Source: an uncultured Gemmatimonadaceae bacterium (GTDB taxonomy: Bacteria; Gemmatimonadota; Gemmatimonadetes; Gemmatimonadales; Gemmatimonadaceae). Taken from it: a DNA stretch of 64,000 nt. Below, in pieces: positions 52,063 to 62,519 of this stretch. The stretch is taken from the NCBI GenBank assembly GCA_963843845.1, contig CAWJMB010000005.1, forward strand, positions 64,001-128,000, in the 5' to 3' direction. The stretch's first letter is position 1; each line of letters begins with the position of its first letter. The notes beneath the pieces were generated by a model. It was not told where the DNA came from. It saw nothing but the letters and a program-made list of their open reading frames with translations, and did no database searches. The position numbers and the translations under genes were made by a program.

Positions 52063-55002
52063 TCAGAATCCGAAGCGAAGGGTGAGCAGATACGTGCGCG
52101 GAGCCGAATCGGTCGCGTAGTTGTAGCCGCCGACCGCCGCGGCCCCCTGCTCGCCCGCCGACGACAGGTCGGTCTCGGGATCCCAGTGCGACGAGGCCCA
52201 GCGATAGGGATTCGTCACCGAGAACGAGACGCGGGCGTCCGTGGCGAGGCCGGGGAGCAAGCGCGCGCTCGGCTTGTAGTCGACCGTGACCGTGCGGAAC
52301 GACACGTAGTCGGTGTTCTCCACCCAGCGGTTCATCACCTGCTGCCAGATCGCCGCGCGCGTTCCGTACTGGGTGAGCGCCGCGGCAGGAACGTAGTCCT
52401 CCGTCCGGTTCACGCCGTACAGGTACCGGAACGCGCGGTCGAACGACTGCTGCTGCGCCCCGAACTGGTAGTCCGCGCTCGTGCTCAGCGTGAGCCGGGA
52501 GCCGAGGCCGAGCTGGGCGCCGAAGCTGCCGAACGAGTCGGGCGTCGGCTTGCCGAGGTACTGCAACTGCTCGACGCGAACGATCTTCCCGCTCTCGTCG
52601 AAGATCGCCTTCGCGCCGCGGAGGTAGCCCACCGGATACCCCTCCTCGACGATCCCCTGCACGGTGCTCGCGCCGAAGCCGCTGATCCCGAACGGCGGCG
52701 TGCCGTTGAGATTCACGACGCGGTTGTTCAGCGTGTTGTACGCGCCGTTGAGCGTGAGGCGCACGCTCGGGCGGCTGATCGGGGTGACGGTGCCGCGCAG
52801 CTCGAGCCCGTTGTTGGAGATCTCACCGATGTTCCGCAGCTGGCTCGGCAGCCCGGTCGACGGCGCGGGTGGGGCGTTGATGAGTGCGTCCGTCGTGCGC
52901 GACGTGTAGTAGCCGAGGCCCAACGACACGACGTTCCTGAAGAGGCCGACGTCGGCGCCGAACTCGAGCGTCCCCGTGCGCTCGGGCCTGAGGTCGAGGT
53001 TCCCGGGCTGCCCGAACGTCGCGGCCTGCTGTCCGTTGAACGAGTTGAACCCGATCGTGCGGTCGTTCGCGAACGGCGGCGGGAACTGGCCGGCCACGCC
53101 GAACGCGGCGCGGAGCCGCAGGTCCGAGAGCACCGCCTCGGACACGCGCGACCGCAGCCACGGCTCGTCGCCGACCGCGTACACGAGGCCGACCTTCGGG
53201 TAGAGCTGCGCACCGGTGTTCTCGCCGAACGCGGTGTTCCGGTCGACGCGCAGCCCGAGCTCCATCGTGTAACGCTCGAGCAGGCTGATGTTCGTCTGCC
53301 CGAACACGCCGTAGTTCGCGACGCGGTAGGCGAGGTCGCTGCTCGCCGTGACGCCGGCGCCGGCGATCGTCTGCGCGCCGTCGCGCACGTTGGTCGCCGT
53401 GTACGCCACCTGCTGATCGTCGTTGCGGAACAGCTGCCCGCCCGCCGCAGTGATGATCGACAGGCTGCTGCCGATGTTGGCCGTGTGCTGCAGGCCGGCG
53501 TTGAACGTGAAGCCGGTGAAGTTGCGCTCGTAGTTCGAGATCGTGCCGCGGTCGACGGTGCCCGCCGGGAACGACTTCGTGGCGATCAGGAACTGATTCG
53601 TGACGATCGCCGACTCCTTGCTGAACCGGTTGTTCACGCCGAACGTCGCGTTCGCCTTGAGCGACGGCAGCGGGTCGTACGACATCGTGTGCGACGTCGT
53701 CCAGGCGCGCGTGAACACCGTGTTGTTCTGCAGCCGCTCGGCGTCCTGGATGAACGTCTTCAGCACGGCGTAGTCGGCCGTGCTGATCGAGTCGATGTTG
53801 TTGTTGAAGCCGAGCGCCGAGGAGCGGCCGTCCTCGAGCAGCCAGAGCGCGTTGTAGCCACCCGAGTTGCCGTTCCGGAAGCGCGGCGCGTCGCTCTGGT
53901 TGAACGAGATCGTTCCCTGGTACTTCGCCTTCCGGCCGAGCGCCGCGCTGACCGCGTTGCGAAGGCCGAACTGCCGGTTGTCGCCGTAGATGCGCTGACT
54001 CTCGCTCGCCCGCAGGTTGCCGGAGGCGCTGTAGGTGATCGTCTCGCTCCCGCCGTCGATCCCCCCCGAGTACCCCTGCGTGAAGCCGTTGCGGTAGATG
54101 AGGTCCGACGTGCGGTCGAAGTAGAGGAACTGCGTCTGCGGCGTGTCGTAGCCGAGGCGCGCCTCGATGTAGCCTTTCGGCTTGCCGGCCGAGCCGCGCT
54201 TCGTGAAGATCTGGATGACGCCGTTCGCCGCGTCCGAGCCGTACAGCGTGGTGGCGGCGCCGCCGGGCACGAACTCGACCCGGTCGATGTTGTCGAGCGG
54301 CAGGTCGGCCAGCGCGCTCGTCGCGGCGCCCTGCGACCGCACGCCCGAGAGGTTCAGTCCGAGCGTGGCGACGGTGTTCAGGTTGTCGACGCGAACGCCG
54401 TCGACGTAGATGACCGGCGTCGAGTTGTTCGTCACCGACGTCACGCCGCGCGTGCGGATGATCGACGTCGTGCCGGCCTGGCCGGACGTGAGGCGGATCT
54501 GCGCGCCCGGCACCTTGGCCTGCAGCAGCTCGTCGATGCGCTTCGCCGGCGACGCCTCGATCGCCTCGGGGCCGACGACGTCGACCTGCGTCGCGAGGCG
54601 GCGCTTCGAGATCTCACCGCCCTGCCCGGTCGACACGACCGCGTCGAGCTGGAGCGGCTGCGCGGTGAGCTGGAAGTCGAGGGTCGCCGGCGCGCCCACG
54701 CTCACCGTCACCGGGCCCGACTTGCTCGCGAAGCCGACGAGCCGGACGGTGATCGTGCGCGCGCCCGGCGCGAGGCCGGCGAGCCGATAGCGTCCGTCGG
54801 CATCGGAGCGCGCGACGCGCTCGCGGTCGTTCTCCGCGAAGATCTGCGCATACGAGAGCGGCTTGCCGGTGCCCGCGTCGGTGACGCGGCCGGTGACGAC
54901 GCCGGTGGTCTGCGCAGTCGTCTGCGCGCGCGCCAGCGCCGGCGCGGACGCGCACAGCGGTGCGAGCCCGAGCAGCGTGACCCATCGAGAGCGGAGTAGC
55001 AT
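52063..55002 (-). CDS. SusC-like TonB-dependent receptor
   Basis: GRVTD N-domain, PVIYVDGVR, GGAATTLYGSDAANGVIQIFTK, GNLDLRPER, terminal RFGF. Confidence 0.95.
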   Translation of the reverse strand: MLLRSRWVTLLGLAPLCASAPALARAQTTAQTTGVVTGRVTDAGTGKPLSYAQIFAENDRERVARSDADGRYRLAGLAPGARTITVRLVGFASKSGPVTVSVGAPATLDFQLTAQPLQLDAVVSTGQGGEISKRRLATQVDVVGPEAIEASPAKRIDELLQAKVPGAQIRLTSGQAGTTSIIRTRGVTSVTNNSTPVIYVDGVRVDNLNTVATLGLNLSGVRSQGAATSALADLPLDNIDRVEFVPGGAATTLYGSDAANGVIQIFTKRGSAGKPKGYIEARLGYDTPQTQFLYFDRTSDLIYRNGFTQGYSGGIDGGSETITYSASGNLRASESQRIYGDNRQFGLRNAVSAALGRKAKYQGTISFNQSDAPRFRNGNSGGYNALWLLEDGRSSALGFNNNIDSISTADYAVLKTFIQDAERLQNNTVFTRAWTTSHTMSYDPLPSLKANATFGVNNRFSKESAIVTNQFLIATKSFPAGTVDRGTISNYERNFTGFTFNAGLQHTANIGSSLSIITAAGGQLFRNDDQQVAYTATNVRDGAQTIAGAGVTASSDLAYRVANYGVFGQTNISLLERYTMELGLRVDRNTAFGENTGAQLYPKVGLVYAVGDEPWLRSRVSEAVLSDLRLRAAFGVAGQFPPPFANDRTIGFNSFNGQQAATFGQPGNLDLRPERTGTLEFGADVGLFRNVVSLGLGYYTSRTTDALINAPPAPSTGLPSQLRNIGEISNNGLELRGTVTPISRPSVRLTLNGAYNTLNNRVVNLNGTPPFGISGFGASTVQGIVEEGYPVGYLRGAKAIFDESGKIVRVEQLQYLGKPTPDSFGSFGAQLGLGSRLTLSTSADYQFGAQQQSFDRAFRYLYGVNRTEDYVPAAALTQYGTRAAIWQQVMNRWVENTDYVSFRTVTVDYKPSARLLPGLATDARVSFSVTNPYRWASSHWDPETDLSSAGEQGAAAVGGYNYATDSAPRTYLLTLRFGF

Positions 55003-55090
55003 CAGTGTTCCTCGGCAGGACGGACGGCGAGGGGAGGGACGCGTCCGCCGGTGGGGAGTGGATGGACGTGCGGACGTGCGGAGGTGCGGC

Positions 55091-56374
55091 CTAGCGCGAG
55101 CCGGTGAGCGACAGGAGGGAGAGCGCGAGCACCTTCGTGGACTGCACCAGGTCGTCGATCACGCAATATTCGTCGGGCTGGTGCGCGAGGTCGAGGATGC
55201 CCGGACCGTAGGCGACGCAGTGCGGCACGCCGGCGATGCGAGCGACGTGCTTGTGATCGTACGTGCCAGGACTGGCGGCGAGCGTCACCGGGCGGCCGAG
55301 CACGTCGTGCACGGCATCGGAGAGTGCCTCACGACCGGAGCGCCGTCAGGCGTGCGCACGGGGTGGACGATCATCAGGTCGCGCAGCTCGTACGCGCAGC
55401 TCCGGCGACTCGCGCGCCGCGCCCTCGAGCAGCGCGACGATCTCCGCGCGCGTCGCGTCGAACCCTTCTTCGAGCAGGAACCGGCGGTCGAAGATGGCGC
55501 GGCAGACGTCCGCGACGCACGGCGTCTGGATCCCGTCGACCGGCTGTCCGCCGGCGATGCCGTTGATGTTGAGCGTCGCGTGCCGCGCGCCCGGCGGAAT
55601 GACCGGCGCCTGCGGTCGTGCGCGCGGCGAGCGCCGGGAGCAGGCGGTGGCGCATCCGCTCGAGCACCAGCCCCATGTGGTCGATCGCGTTGACGCCGAG
55701 GAACGGCATCCTGCCGTGGGCGATGCGGCCGCGCGTCGTGACCTCGAACCAGTAGACGCCGCGGTGGCCGATGCAGATCCGGTCGACGTCGGTCGGCTCG
55801 GGGATGATGACCGCGTCGGTGCGGTCCGCGCTCATCCGGCCCTGCTGCGCGAGCCACGCCATGCCGGCGAACCCGCCGCTCTCCTCGTCGACCGTCCCGC
55901 TGACTTCGACCGAGCCGTGCAGGGCGATGCCGGCGCGGCGGATCGCCTCCGCCGCGAAGATCGCCGCCGCGATCCCGGCCTTCATGTCGCACGACCCGCG
56001 CCCGTAGATGCGGCCGTCGCGCACGACGCCGCCGAACGGGTCGACCGTCCAGCCCTCACCGGCCGGCACGACGTCGAAGTGGCCGTTCAGGTGGACCAGC
56101 GGGCGCAGGCTGCGCCCGCTGCCGCAACCCGACGACGTTCATCCGCGGATGCGGCGCGGTGTGCTCCGGACGGCCCTCGGCCACCGGATAGTCGACGACG
56201 AACCCGAACGATTCGAGCCGCCGCCGATCAGGCGCGGCGCACTCGTCGTACGCGTCGCCCGGCGGGTTGACCGTCGGGACGCGGATCAGATCGGCGGTGA
56301 ACGCCACCATCTCGTCGGCGCGCCGCGTCGACCGCCGCGATGACGCGGTCGATCGCGTGCAGTGATTGTGTCAT
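55091..56374 (-). CDS. M20A ArgE/DapE-family amidohydrolase, cytoplasmic (several frameshifts)
   Basis: PTVNPPG, NGHFDVVP, GRGSCDMKAG, VDEESGG, IPEP, PGTYD, YGPG, AHQPDEY. Confidence 0.88.
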
Positions 56375-56471
56375 CGGCATCGAAACGCATCAGTCGTCGA
56401 GAATGTTGGCCGACGTTCCCGACGGCACGACGGCTTGTACGGCCGGCGCACCGACGGTAAGTCTCTCGCCG

Positions 56472-57910
56472 ATGAACGCTCACCTCATCTGGCTCCTCGG
56501 CTACGCCGCGGCGCAGCTCGCCCTCGGCGCGTGGGTGTCGCGCCGGGTCCGGACATCGAACGATTTCTTCGTCGCCGGCCGCGCCCTCGGACCGGGGCTG
56601 ATCTTCTGCACCATGCTCGCCGCGAACATCGGCGCCGGCTCCACGTCGGCGCGACGGGGCTCGGCTACCGCGACGGGCTCGCCGCGATGTGGTGGGTGCT
56701 CTCGGCGGCGCTCGGGTCGCTCGTGCTCGCCTTCTGGATCGGCCCGGCGATCCGGCGCGTCGCGGCCGAGCACGACCTGCGCACGGTCGGCGACTACCTC
56801 GAGTTCCGCTTCGGCGTCGCCGTGCGCACGACGATCGCCGCGCTGCTGTGGGTGGGGCGGTGTTCATCCTCGCCGGCCAGCTCATCGCCGTGTCGTGGAT
56901 TCTGAACGTCGCCGCGGGCGTGCCGAAGACGTTGGGCTGCGTCGTCGGCGGGGCTGCTCGTGACCGTCTACTTCGCGGCCGGCGGGCTGCTCACCTCGGC
57001 CTAGGTCAACATCGTGCAGCTCACGGTCAAGCTGCTCGGCTTCGCGATCGCGATGCCGCTCGCGCTGCGCTGCGGCCGGCGGCTGGGGGGCGCGTGCGCG
57101 CGTTCCAGCCGACGCCGGACTACTGGAACCTGTGGCAGGGCGGCGCGTCGGGGCTCGTCTACCTCGCGATGCTGGGCCCGGCGTTCGTCGTCTCGCCCGG
57201 GCTGCTGCAGAAGATCTACGGCGCGCGCGACGACCGCGCGGTGCGCATCGGCGTGGGGCTCAACGCCGTCGCGCTCATGGCGTACGCGGCCGTGCCCGTG
57301 CTGCTGGGGATGATGGCGCGCGTGCAGTTCCCGAACCTCGCGCAGTCCGAGCTGGCGCTGCCGACGCTGCTCATGTCCGGCGTTCCCGCCGTCGTCGGCG
57401 CGCTCGGTCTCGCCGCCGTCTTCTCGGCCGAGCTGAGCTCCGCCGACGCCGTGCTGTTCTCGCTCACGACGTCGCTCTCGCAGGACTTCTACAAGCGCTT
57501 CCGCAATCCGCGGGCGACCGACGCGCAGGTGCTCCGCGTGACACGCGCGACCGCGGTGCTCGCCGGGATCGCCGGTGTCGGGATCGCGCTCGTCGCCGCC
57601 GGCGTCGTGAGCGCGCTCAGCATCTTCTACACGATCATGGGCGTCAGCCTGTTCGTGCCGATCCTCGCCGGCCTGTACGACGACGGCGCGTCGTCGACCG
57701 AGGCGCTCGTCGCGATCATCGCGGGCATCGGCATCGTCGGCGGCTGGCGCGTGCTGTTCAACGGTGCGCCGCTCGGTGGCGTAACGCCCGCGATGGGCGG
57801 ACTCGGCGGTGCGATCGTGTCCTTCCTCATCGTCCGCGCCGCGCGGCGCCTCTCGGGCGCGAGCCGGCCCGAACGACCGCGTTCTTCCCTCACCCACGGA
57901 GCGATAGCCC
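56472..57910 (+). CDS. Sodium:solute symporter family protein (frameshifts, in-frame TAG at 57002, 3' end uncertain)
   Basis: DFFVAGRALG, AANIGAGS, TVGDYLEFRFG, GGLLTSA, FSAELSSAD; many TM segments. Confidence 0.85.
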
Positions 57911-57913
57911 GTC

Positions 57914-58708
57914 ATGAGCGCCACGAGCAGCCGCAACATCTTCGACCTCACAGGGAAGGTCGCCGCCGTCATCGGCGGCGCGTCGGGCATCGGCGAGGCC
58001 GTGACGATCGGCGCCGCCGAGCTCGGCGCGACGGTCGTCTGTCTCGACGTCAAGGCGGAGGCGGCGGAAGCGGTCGCGCAGCGCGCCGGCGGCGACACGA
58101 CGCACGGCGTCGTCGACATCACCGACGCCGAGGCGGTCGAGCGCACGCTGCAGGGGATCGCCGCGACGCACGGCAAGCTCGACATCGTCATCTCGACGCC
58201 GTCGATCAACGTGCGGAAGCGGATGCTCGACTACCAGCCGGGCGAGATCGAGCGCGTGCTGAACGTGAACATCGTCGGGAACTTCAACGTGCTCCGCGCG
58301 GCCGGCCGCATCATGGTCGAGCAGCGCAGCGGCAGCATCGTGCTCTTCTCGTCGATCCGCTCGCTCGTCGTCGAGCCGGGGCAGGCCGTGTACTCGGCGA
58401 CGAAGGCGGGCATCCTGCAGCTCGCGCGCGGCGGGGCGACCGAGTTCGGGCCGTTCGGCGTGCGCGTCAACTGCATCGGCCCGGGCGTCACCGAGACGCC
58501 GCTCACGGCGCCGATCAAGGCGAACGCCGACTGGTACAACGCGTACGCTGCGAAGACCGCGGTGAACCGCTGGGCGTCGCCCGACGAGATGGTCGGGGCG
58601 ACCCTGTTCCTCGCGTCCGACGCCGCGAGCTACGTCAACGGCACGATCATCTACGTCGACGGCGGCTGGCTCGCGCAGGACGGCCGGTTCACGCCGCCCG
58701 GCATGTGA
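57914..58708 (+). CDS. Classical NAD-dependent short-chain dehydrogenase/reductase
   Basis: GGASGIG, CLD, YSATK, RVNCIGPG, VDGG. Confidence 0.93.
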   Translation: MSATSSRNIFDLTGKVAAVIGGASGIGEAVTIGAAELGATVVCLDVKAEAAEAVAQRAGGDTTHGVVDITDAEAVERTLQGIAATHGKLDIVISTPSINVRKRMLDYQPGEIERVLNVNIVGNFNVLRAAGRIMVEQRSGSIVLFSSIRSLVVEPGQAVYSATKAGILQLARGGATEFGPFGVRVNCIGPGVTETPLTAPIKANADWYNAYAAKTAVNRWASPDEMVGATLFLASDAASYVNGTIIYVDGGWLAQDGRFTPPGM

Positions 58709-59864
58709 CCGCAGCGCCCCCGGCAGCGCCCCCGGCAGCGACCCCGACTCCCCCCGCGGCGGCCGTGACGCCGCGCCCGTATCGCATCGCCGTCATCGCG
58801 GGCGACGGCATCGGCACGCGAGGTGATCCCGGCCGGGATCGACGTGCTGCGGCATGCGGCGCGCGGCGAGCCGTGCACGCTCGAGTTCACCGAGTTCCCG
58901 TGGGGCTGCGACTACTACCTCCGCACCGGCCAGATGATGAGCGCCGACGCGCTCGATCGGCTGCAGGACTTCGACGCGATCTACCTCGGCGCGGTCGGCG
59001 CACCCGGCGGTGCCCGACCACGTCTCGGTGTGGGAGCTGATCCTGCCGATCCGCCAGCGCTTCGATCAGTACGTCAACCTGCGGCCGATGCGGCTGCTCC
59101 CCGGCGTGCCGCAGCCCGCTCGCCGGACCGCGACGCTCGCCGAGATCGACATGGTCTGCGTCCGCGAGAACTCGGAAGGAGAGTACTGCGGGGTTCGGCG
59201 GGCGCCTCTTCCGCGGCACGCCGCACGAGGTGGCCGAGCAGACCGGGGTGTTCACGCGGCGCGGCGTGGAGCGGATCGCGCGCTACGCGTTCGAGCTCGC
59301 GGCGCGCCGGCCGCGCCGCCTGCTCGCGAGCGCGACGAAGTCGAACGCCCTCCAGCACTCGATGGTGCTCTGGGACGACGCGGTCGACGCGCGTGGCGCA
59401 GGACGTATCCGGCGGTCGAATGCCGGAAGTACCACGTCGATGCGCTCGCTGCGCGGATGGTCACGCACCCGCACACGCTCGACGTCATCGTCGCGTCCAA
59501 CCTGTTCGGCGACATCCTCACCGACCTCGGCGCGGCGATCAGCGGCAGCCTCGGCGTCGCGCCCGGCGCGAACATCAACCCCGAGCGCGATCACCCGTCG
59601 ATGTTCGAGCCGATCCACGGGTCCGCGCCCGACATCGCGGGACAGGGCATCGCGAACCCGATCGGCGCGATCTGGGCCGGCGCGCTGATGCTGGATCATC
59701 TGGGACTCACCGCCGCGCACGACCGCATCGTCGCCGCCATCATGCGCGTGATGCACGACGGCACCGTGCGCACGCCGGACCTCGGCGGCCGCGCGACGAC
59801 CCGCGATCTCGCCGCCGCCATCGTCGACGCGATCGATCGACCGCAACCGGCAGGACAGCCATGA
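58705..59864 (+). CDS. Tartrate dehydrogenase / D-malate beta-decarboxylating dehydrogenase family (frameshifted)
   Basis: IAVIAGDGIG, VRENSEGEY, ATKSNA, NLFGDILTD, FEPIHGSAPDIAG; GTGA and ATGA overlaps with neighbours. Confidence 0.9.
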
Positions 59865-61228
59865 CCCACGTCGCGACGCGGCGTTCGACACGAGCGCTGC
59901 TCACCGCGCTCTCGCTCGTCGGCACCTTCTCGGTCGACCGCGCCGCCGCGCAGCCGGCGCCCGCGCGGCGAGTCGTGCTCATCTCCGTCGACGGCCTCAC
60001 GGCGGCGGACCATCTCCGCCCGGACGCCGGCCTCACGATCCCGAACTTGCAGGCGCTGCAGGGCGCGGGATGCCCGGCGAACGGCATGACGGGGATCTTC
60101 CCGACGGTGACGTATCCCAGTCACACGGCGATGATCACCGGCGAACCGTCGTCGGTCCACGGCATCTACACGAACACGCCGCTCGATCCGTTCGGCATCC
60201 AGAACGGCGGCTGGTACTACTACGCGGACAGGATCGCGTCGCCGACGCTCTGGCAGGTGTTGCGCAGGGCCGGGCGCACGACGGCCGCGATCTCGTGGCC
60301 GGTCACCGTCGGCGCGGAGATCGACTACCTGCTCCCCGAGTACCGGCCCGTGCGCACGGCGGAAGACGTGTCGCTGCTGTCCGCGCTCTCGACGCCCGGC
60401 CTGTTCCGCGAGTCGATCCGCGTCGACTCGACCGACCGGCCGATGACCGACGCGTGGCGCATCAAGGCGGCGGTGCACATCCTCGCCACGCGCCGTCCGG
60501 CCCTCCTCGCCCTGCACCTCTCCGACCTCGACGCCGCGCAGCACGCGTCGGGGCCGCACACCGCGACGGCACACGCCGCGCTCGAGAAGATCGACCGGCA
60601 GATCGGCGAGCTCCGCGCCGCCGTGGCCACGTCGGCCGATGCCGCGAACACGGCATGGGTGATCGTGTCGGACCACGGCTTCCTGGCGGCGACCACGATC
60701 GTGCACCCGATGGTCGCGCTGCGCGACGCCGGGCTCATCACGACCAACGCCGCGGGGCGCGTGACGGACTGGAAGGTGTTCATGCACAACGAGAGCGGGT
60801 CGGCGTTCTTCGAGGCGCGCGACCCGAACGACACGGCGAGCATCGCGCGGGCGACGGCCGTGCTGCGGCAGCTCGCCGCGTCGCCGGCGAACGGCGTCGC
60901 CGCCGTCGACACGCCGGAGGCGCTGAAGGCGCTCCGCGCCGACCCGGCCGCGTTCCTCGCCTTCGAGGCGGCGCGCGGCTTCGCGTTCGGCGATGCGCTC
61001 ACCGGTCCCCTGGCCGTCGCGTCACCGACGGTGGGGAAGCACGGCTACAACCCGAACATCCCCGAGCTGCGGCCGGCGATGATCGTCTCCGGCGCGGGCG
61101 TCCACGCGTGCCGGACGCCGCGCGACGGCGTGCGCATCGTCGACGTGGGCCCGACCGTGGCCGCGCTCCTCGGCGTGTCGATGACGGGGGTGACGGGGCG
61201 CGACGTCAACACGCCGTCACCGCGCTGA
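59861..61228 (+). CDS. Exported nucleotide pyrophosphatase/phosphodiesterase (alkaline phosphatase superfamily)
   Basis: Signal peptide; LISVDG, FPTVTYPSH (Thr nucleophile), DAAQH, VSDHG, KHGY. Confidence 0.9.
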   Translation: MTHVATRRSTRALLTALSLVGTFSVDRAAAQPAPARRVVLISVDGLTAADHLRPDAGLTIPNLQALQGAGCPANGMTGIFPTVTYPSHTAMITGEPSSVHGIYTNTPLDPFGIQNGGWYYYADRIASPTLWQVLRRAGRTTAAISWPVTVGAEIDYLLPEYRPVRTAEDVSLLSALSTPGLFRESIRVDSTDRPMTDAWRIKAAVHILATRRPALLALHLSDLDAAQHASGPHTATAHAALEKIDRQIGELRAAVATSADAANTAWVIVSDHGFLAATTIVHPMVALRDAGLITTNAAGRVTDWKVFMHNESGSAFFEARDPNDTASIARATAVLRQLAASPANGVAAVDTPEALKALRADPAAFLAFEAARGFAFGDALTGPLAVASPTVGKHGYNPNIPELRPAMIVSGAGVHACRTPRDGVRIVDVGPTVAALLGVSMTGVTGRDVNTPSPR

Positions 61229-61229
61229 G

Positions 61230-62519
61230 TCACCCGATCGCGGCTGCGTGCTTCGCCGCGTCGAACGCGCCCTCGTTCCGCGCGATCACCACCGTCGCCA
61301 CGGCGTTCCCGATCAGGTTCGTGATCGCCCGCGCCTCGCTCATGAACCGGTCGACGCCCAACACCAGCGCGATCCCCTCGACCGGCACCACGCGCATCGC
61401 CGCCAGCGTGCTCGCGAGCACGATGAACCCCGACCCCGTCACGCCGGCGGCTCCCTTCGACGTCACCATCAGCACCGCGAGCACCGTGAGCTGCTGCGCG
61501 AGCGACAGCTCGATGCGGTACGCCTGCGCGATGAACAGCGTCGCCATCGCGAGGTAGATCGACGTGCCGTCGAGGTTGAAGGAGTAGCCGGCCGGCACCA
61601 CCAGACCGACGACGCTCCGGTCGCAGCCGTACGCTTCGAGCTTCGCGATCAGACTCGGCAGCGCGGCCTCGCTCGACGAGGTGCCCAACACGAGCAGGAT
61701 CTCCTGGCGGATCCAGCGCAGCAGGTGCCACAGCGAGAATCCCGAGGCGCGCGCGATGCCGCCGAGCACGACGAAGATGAAGACGGCCATCGTGATGTAG
61801 ACGTTCGCCATCAGCCCGCCCAACGGCAGCAGCGCGCGCAGCCCGAAGTTGCCGATCGTGTACGCCATCGCGCCGAACGCGCCGATCGGCGCGACCTTCA
61901 TCACGATGCCGACGAGGCGGAACACCACGGCCTGCAACCGCTCGAGCCCGTTGAACACCGGCCGCCCCGCCTCGCCGAGGCTCGCGAGCGCGGCGCCGAA
62001 CAGGACCGACACGAACACGATCTGCAACACCTCGCCGTTCGCGAACGCCCCGACGATGCTCGGCGGCACGATGTGCGTCAGGAAGTCGACGAAGTTCATC
62101 GCCTCGCCGGCGGTCGCGTACTTCGAGATGTCGCCTTTCGCGAGCGACGCGGCGTCGATCCCTTCGCCCGGACGCATGACGTTCATGACGACGAGGCCGA
62201 TCGCGATCGCGAACGTCGTCACGACCTCGAAGTAGAGCAGCGCCTTCCCGCCCACGCGGCCGACCGCCTTCATGTCGCGCATCCCCGCGATGCCCAACAC
62301 GATCGTGAGGAAGACGATCGGGCCGATGACCATCTTCACGAGGTTCACGAAGGTGTCGCCGACCGGCTTCATCGCCTTCCCCGCCCCTGGCGCGACCGCG
62401 CCCAACAGCGCGCCGAGCGAGATGGCGACGAGCACCTGGACGGTGAGGTTGTGGTAGAGCGCGCGGCGCGGGGCGGGGGCGGTCGTGCCGGCAGGTGGGA
62501 GCATCGGGGGCATGGGCAT
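61230..62519 (-). CDS. dctA: C4-dicarboxylate:H+ symporter
   Basis: LYHNLTVQVL, GTSSSE, GYSFNLDGT, SKGAAGVTGSGF, GVDRFMSEAR. Confidence 0.95.
   Translation of the reverse strand: MPMPPMLPPAGTTAPAPRRALYHNLTVQVLVAISLGALLGAVAPGAGKAMKPVGDTFVNLVKMVIGPIVFLTIVLGIAGMRDMKAVGRVGGKALLYFEVVTTFAIAIGLVVMNVMRPGEGIDAASLAKGDISKYATAGEAMNFVDFLTHIVPPSIVGAFANGEVLQIVFVSVLFGAALASLGEAGRPVFNGLERLQAVVFRLVGIVMKVAPIGAFGAMAYTIGNFGLRALLPLGGLMANVYITMAVFIFVVLGGIARASGFSLWHLLRWIRQEILLVLGTSSSEAALPSLIAKLEAYGCDRSVVGLVVPAGYSFNLDGTSIYLAMATLFIAQAYRIELSLAQQLTVLAVLMVTSKGAAGVTGSGFIVLASTLAAMRVVPVEGIALVLGVDRFMSEARAITNLIGNAVATVVIARNEGAFDAAKHAAAIG

Noticed and set aside
58709..58747. 12-nt tandem repeats here and at ~23055-23100, and a 9-nt repeat at ~17031-17057
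   Set aside because: Simple low-complexity Pro/Ala-rich terminal coding repeats with no further structure.
56689..61228. SSS read-through (783 aa) and TDH-NPP fusion (801 aa) ORFs
   Set aside because: The junction segments are Arg-rich off-frame sequence; separate coupled starts exist at 57914, 58705 and 59861.
61230..62519. dctA as part of the proposed catabolic locus
   Set aside because: It is convergent with its own upstream region and is a common stand-alone gene, though it keeps a tartrate/malate interpretation of the TDH gene open.
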